DNA from: Candidatus Hodarchaeota archaeon
GTDB taxonomy: Archaea; Asgardarchaeota; Heimdallarchaeia; Hodarchaeales; Hodarchaeaceae
Assembly: GCA_016839815.1 (NCBI GenBank)
Contig: JAEOTM010000188.1
Coordinates: forward strand, 1 to 11,860
DNA: 11,860 bases
Reading direction: 5' to 3'
The translations under genes and the position numbers were made by a program. Shown here in pieces: positions 8,672-11,860 of the stretch. A model generated the notes under the pieces. It ran no database searches and was not told the origin of the DNA. It saw only the letters and a program-made list of their open reading frames with translations. How positions within the stretch are numbered: position 1 is the stretch's first letter; every line of letters starts with the position of its first letter.

Positions 8672-8701
8672 GAAATCTTAATAAATGTGACAAAGAACAC
8701 A
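8672..8701 (+). promoter_or_regulatory. Candidate BRE/TATA box for the ABC operon with an adjacent palindromic operator
   Basis: GAAATC-TTAATAAA (8672-8685) is followed directly by TGTGA-CAAAGA-ACACA (8686-8701). Confidence 0.35.
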
Positions 8702-8769
8702 GCATATGCAAGGTTAATAGTTATCTAGGATAATAATCAACATTGTATCAAAAATGGAGTGATCTATCA

Positions 8770-9732
8770 ATGACTACTAGCGAAAAAGATGCTGTTCTTC
8801 AAGTATCGAATTTAACTAAGGTTTATGGACGAGAATTGCAATTTAAATCCCATAAAATCGGTCGTCGTGTTGAAGCGGTAACTGATGTGAGTTTTTCAGT
8901 TAACAAGGGAGAGATCTTTGGATTTCTTGGTCCCAATGGTGCAGGAAAGACGACGACTATTCGATCTATTCTTGGATTTCTAACCATTCAATCAGGGACA
9001 ATAAAAATAAATGGTCTCGATTACTTGAAAGATGCCTTAGAAATTAGAGAGAGTCTGGGTTTTATTCGGAGTGAAATAGATCTATACGGGAATTTTACCG
9101 GGAAGGAGATAATCTCATATTTTGGAAAATTTAAATCAATCGATCATAAATTCCTGAAAAAACTTCGATCAATATTCAAAGTAGACCTTACTCTCGATTT
9201 TAAAAGCCTGTCAACTGGAAATCGCCAACAAGTAATAATTATAACAGCTTTGGCTTCCAATCCTGATTTCGTCATCCTAGATGAACCTTCAAGTGGTTTA
9301 GATCCCTTAATGGCCTCCAGATTCCATCGTTTGCTTCTCCAAATGCGTGATGAGGGTAAAACGATTTTCCTCTCAAGTCATAATCTAGCTGAAGTACAGG
9401 CGATTTGTGATCGTGTGGGTATTATTAGGAATGGAAAAATCATAATTATTGAAACAGTTAAAGAACTTCGAACCAAATCTATGCAGCTTTTAACAGTTGA
9501 ATTCTTCGATGGAGAACTTCCTGACCTAGCTGATTTTCAAGCTGTACCAAACGTGTTTAGTGTAGAGAAAAAAGCAAGCGTTTTTTACGTTAAAGTCAAA
9601 GAAGATGTGAATGCTTTATTGAAGTTTGTTACATTACGCAGGATTAAGAGAATGACGTTAGAAGACAGTAGCTTGGAAGACATCTTTCTTACGTACTATA
9701 AAGACGAATTAGATGTAGAACAGGAGGATTAA
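8770..9732 (+). CDS. ABC-2 type exporter ATP-binding protein (DrrA/CcmA-like, probable DUF4162 tail)
   Basis: Walker A GPNGAGKTT, signature LSTGNRQQ, Walker B/D-loop VILDEPSSGLDP, H-loop LSSH, and C-terminal SLEDIFL. Start moved from the track's TTG 8743 to in-frame ATG 8770, which follows SD GGAGTGA (8756-8762). Confidence 0.95.
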   Translation: MTTSEKDAVLQVSNLTKVYGRELQFKSHKIGRRVEAVTDVSFSVNKGEIFGFLGPNGAGKTTTIRSILGFLTIQSGTIKINGLDYLKDALEIRESLGFIRSEIDLYGNFTGKEIISYFGKFKSIDHKFLKKLRSIFKVDLTLDFKSLSTGNRQQVIIITALASNPDFVILDEPSSGLDPLMASRFHRLLLQMRDEGKTIFLSSHNLAEVQAICDRVGIIRNGKIIIIETVKELRTKSMQLLTVEFFDGELPDLADFQAVPNVFSVEKKASVFYVKVKEDVNALLKFVTLRRIKRMTLEDSSLEDIFLTYYKDELDVEQED

Positions 9733-9734
9733 AA

Positions 9735-10583
9735 ATGTTATCAATATATTTTAAACAGATACGTAAAAATTGGGTCATTTGGATGTTACCTATTCTTGTC
9801 TTGGCTGCATTCTCATTACTGATGGTAATACTTTGGCCATCCTTCAAGGATTATATGGCTGACTTTGGAGATTTGTTAAATCAACCTTTTTATCAGGCAT
9901 TACTCCCAGAAGGGGCTGATTTTTCATCGGTGGAAGGATTTCTAGCAATGGAAATATTTACTATGGCTGATATCTTTTTTATGGCACTTATCTTACTTTT
10001 TGGGATCCAAATAGTTAATCGAGAGGTAGATAGTGGATCATTGGACTTTATGTTAAGTTTCCCAGTTCCTAGATGGCAATTTATTTTAGAAAAGGTTTTT
10101 GCCTTCATAACTGTTACGATTTCTTTTCCTGTATTTTCTACTGGTATAACCATCATTGGGGCCGCTCTCGTAGGAGTTGAACTTCAACCTCGTGGTGCTG
10201 AAGCATTCTTCTTAGCTTTAGTGGGGAAATGGTTTCTTTACTTTACAATGACTTGTGTAGTCATCCTAATCTCGGTCATCACAATGGATACTGGAAAAAC
10301 TCTATCTTTTGGAGGTTTGTTTGTGGGTGGATCTTATCTTCTTAAAACTGTAGGTGGATTAGTTAAAGCTTCTGATCCAGTTTTATCTGATTATCTTCGA
10401 GGAGCCTCTTTTTATTCTTATCTAGATGGTGGAAAGATTATGAACGAGGTAATTGAGACTGGTGGACTTACTTCAAGTCTAATATTCGAATTTTTAGGAA
10501 TGGCTATAATTGCCATTACCCTAATAGTTTTGACCGTATTAATCTTTGATAATCCAATTAGACAGAAACGAGAATTCAAGTAA
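9735..10583 (+). CDS. ABC-2 type exporter permease
   Basis: About six hydrophobic segments and the typical motif REVDSGSLDFMLSFPVPRWQFILEK. Starts 2 nt after the ATPase stop, with a GGAGGA SD in the ATPase's last codons. Confidence 0.92.
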   Translation: MLSIYFKQIRKNWVIWMLPILVLAAFSLLMVILWPSFKDYMADFGDLLNQPFYQALLPEGADFSSVEGFLAMEIFTMADIFFMALILLFGIQIVNREVDSGSLDFMLSFPVPRWQFILEKVFAFITVTISFPVFSTGITIIGAALVGVELQPRGAEAFFLALVGKWFLYFTMTCVVILISVITMDTGKTLSFGGLFVGGSYLLKTVGGLVKASDPVLSDYLRGASFYSYLDGGKIMNEVIETGGLTSSLIFEFLGMAIIAITLIVLTVLIFDNPIRQKREFK

Positions 10584-10603
10584 AAAAAGGGGATTTTGAA
10601 AAA

Positions 10604-11380
10604 GTGCATTCAAGATTTCCACCAAGTGAGATAGGAAGGAAATTAAAGCAAGCGGGACGATTACAGTCACAGCCACTACTAATCTATGGAGTAGAGACTC
10701 CCCCAAAAAACTCTATTTCGTCAATTGATATTAATAGGTGCATTGCAAATGCTATATACTCCGTTGCATCAGATTCATCTTTCCATTCGAGTATTCATAT
10801 TGGAAGAGATGATCAGAAGCAATGTTGCCCAGGAGGCCAAGCCTGGCTCGGATATAAACCATTCCTTTCTCATTTGAAGTATTTCTTATCCACTGGGACT
10901 CCGGAGTTTAGGAATGGTAAATCTGAATTTCTAATTTCTGATCCAGATTTGGTAGACAAGAGATTACCTCCTGCTGGTTCAATTACTCCACTGGGAAAGT
11001 TCATAGTAATCTGTCGAAGCGACGAACCTGTAGAGGCAGACTCTGAAATAAAGACTTTTCTATGTTTTGGAAATTCTGAACAGATTAGAAATCTCTGTTC
11101 TTTAGCCTATTTTCATTCAAATAACTCCTATGGAGTTCATATGCCTTGGGGACCTTCCTGTGCCTCATTTATTTCCTATCCAACTGGAATGATTGAAACC
11201 AATATCAAAAATGGAGTTATTTTAGGACCGACTGATCCAACAGGGAATCATTGGTTTCCTGAAGACCATCTGTCCTTAGGGATTCCATTTCAAACTGCTC
11301 TGCAAATGGCTAAAGATGTGGGCTCTTCTTTCATTGGAAAACGTCCGAAAATAGCGTTTCCTGATAGAAGAGAGAATTAA
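10604..11380 (+). CDS. DUF169 family protein
   Basis: Cys pattern recalled for DUF169 (RCIANAI, CCPGGQAWLGY, PWGPSCA, ILGPTDP, LSLGIPF). 258 aa. GTG start 20 nt after the permease stop, with GGGGGA upstream. Confidence 0.75.
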   Translation: MHSRFPPSEIGRKLKQAGRLQSQPLLIYGVETPPKNSISSIDINRCIANAIYSVASDSSFHSSIHIGRDDQKQCCPGGQAWLGYKPFLSHLKYFLSTGTPEFRNGKSEFLISDPDLVDKRLPPAGSITPLGKFIVICRSDEPVEADSEIKTFLCFGNSEQIRNLCSLAYFHSNNSYGVHMPWGPSCASFISYPTGMIETNIKNGVILGPTDPTGNHWFPEDHLSLGIPFQTALQMAKDVGSSFIGKRPKIAFPDRREN

Positions 11381-11493
11381 TGGAGAGTCAATATTCGATT
11401 ATTATATTGGAAAGTCCTCAAAAAGGTATTGTAATTGTTGAAGCTAGCTTTTAGGCTTATATGAATAATGGAATAGGGAATTAGGAAAAAGGT

Positions 11494-11518
11494 ACCCTGC
11501 AGATACATGCAGGGTTTT
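11494..11518. terminator. Probable bidirectional terminator hairpin between convergent genes
   Basis: Perfect 8-bp stem ACCCTGCA-GATACA-TGCAGGGT, followed by TTTGTGTTT on + and preceded by AAAAA at 11486-11490 (a U-tract on -). Confidence 0.6.
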
Positions 11519-11549
11519 GTGTTTATACCATCAATCTAATTTCCGAACT

Positions 11550-11858
11550 TTAATGAGGGAACAGAATAATTAACCGTATGTACCCCCAAAGGATATGCCA
11601 GAAGAAATAGTATATCATACGGAAAGTAAACATAGAAAAAAAATCATAACGCTTGAAACACGTCAACTGTAGGAAATTAATCAAAAATACATGTAATCCA
11701 TTGGAATAACCTTCCACAATCGGAGGGTACTCATTGGCAAATCCGAAGGATAATTGCAAAATTGGCTCAAGCATTGAAATGATGAAAATACTTACCCAAA
11801 TTCGCTTTTCTTCACTTGTTTTTTGAAAAGTGTGAGAGAAGAGAAGCAGTAAGAGAGA
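11550..11858 (-). CDS. C-terminal part of an integral membrane protein, possibly CPBP (Rce1/Abi)-like intramembrane protease; 5' end outside the window
   Basis: The frame of the track's 74-aa ORF stays open to the right edge: SLLLLLFSHTFQKTSEEKRIWVSIFIISMLEPILQ...HVFLINFLQLTCFKRYDFFSMFTFRMIYYFFWHILWGYIRLIILFPH*. It has several TM helices and a KRYxF..R..YY..WH ending reminiscent of CPBP-like proteins. The N-terminal EExxxR motif is not visible here. Confidence 0.6.
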   Translation of the reverse strand, partial: SLLLLLFSHTFQKTSEEKRIWVSIFIISMLEPILQLSFGFANEYPPIVEGYSNGLHVFLINFLQLTCFKRYDFFSMFTFRMIYYFFWHILWGYIRLIILFPH

Positions 11859-11860
11859 CA

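Noticed and set aside
9205-9230. ABC signature LSTGNRQQ deviates from LSGGQ
   Set aside because: LSxGN variants are common in this ABC-2 ATPase subfamily, and Walker A, Walker B and the H-loop are intact.
9893-10609. Minus-strand ORFs 9893..10156 and 10418..10609
   Set aside because: Antisense to the ABC permease.
11494-11515. Hairpin considered as a SECIS element or CRISPR repeat
   Set aside because: Single copy, no SECIS core motif, and no in-frame UGA seen in neighbouring genes.

Overview
AT-rich chromosomal window that looks archaeal, possibly Asgard (Heimdall/Hodarchaeales-like). That lineage call is inference from the dehydrogenase-then-hydratase domain order, GGTGA/GGAGTGA Shine-Dalgarno sites, TATA-like promoters and a sequon-rich CTERM-type surface protein. 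Left to right: (1) a minus-strand beta-oxidation pair, thiolase followed by a 3-hydroxyacyl-CoA dehydrogenase/enoyl-CoA hydratase fusion that is missing from the ORF track and runs off the left edge; (2) a divergent Eis-like GNAT acetyltransferase; (3) a 1262-aa membrane-anchored surface protein with a HExxH zinc-peptidase domain, vWA (MIDAS), a CLCA-like beta region, Asp-rich Ca-binding repeats, FN3 and a Ser/Thr-TM-basic tail; (4) a divergent ABC-2 exporter (ATPase + permease) followed by a DUF169-like protein; (5) the 3' end of a convergent membrane protein, possibly CPBP/Rce1-like, entering from the right edge. The most notable item is the surface protein, whose domain order resembles animal CLCA self-cleaving metalloproteases but with a different peptidase head. 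No RNA genes, CRISPR arrays or mobile elements were recognised.
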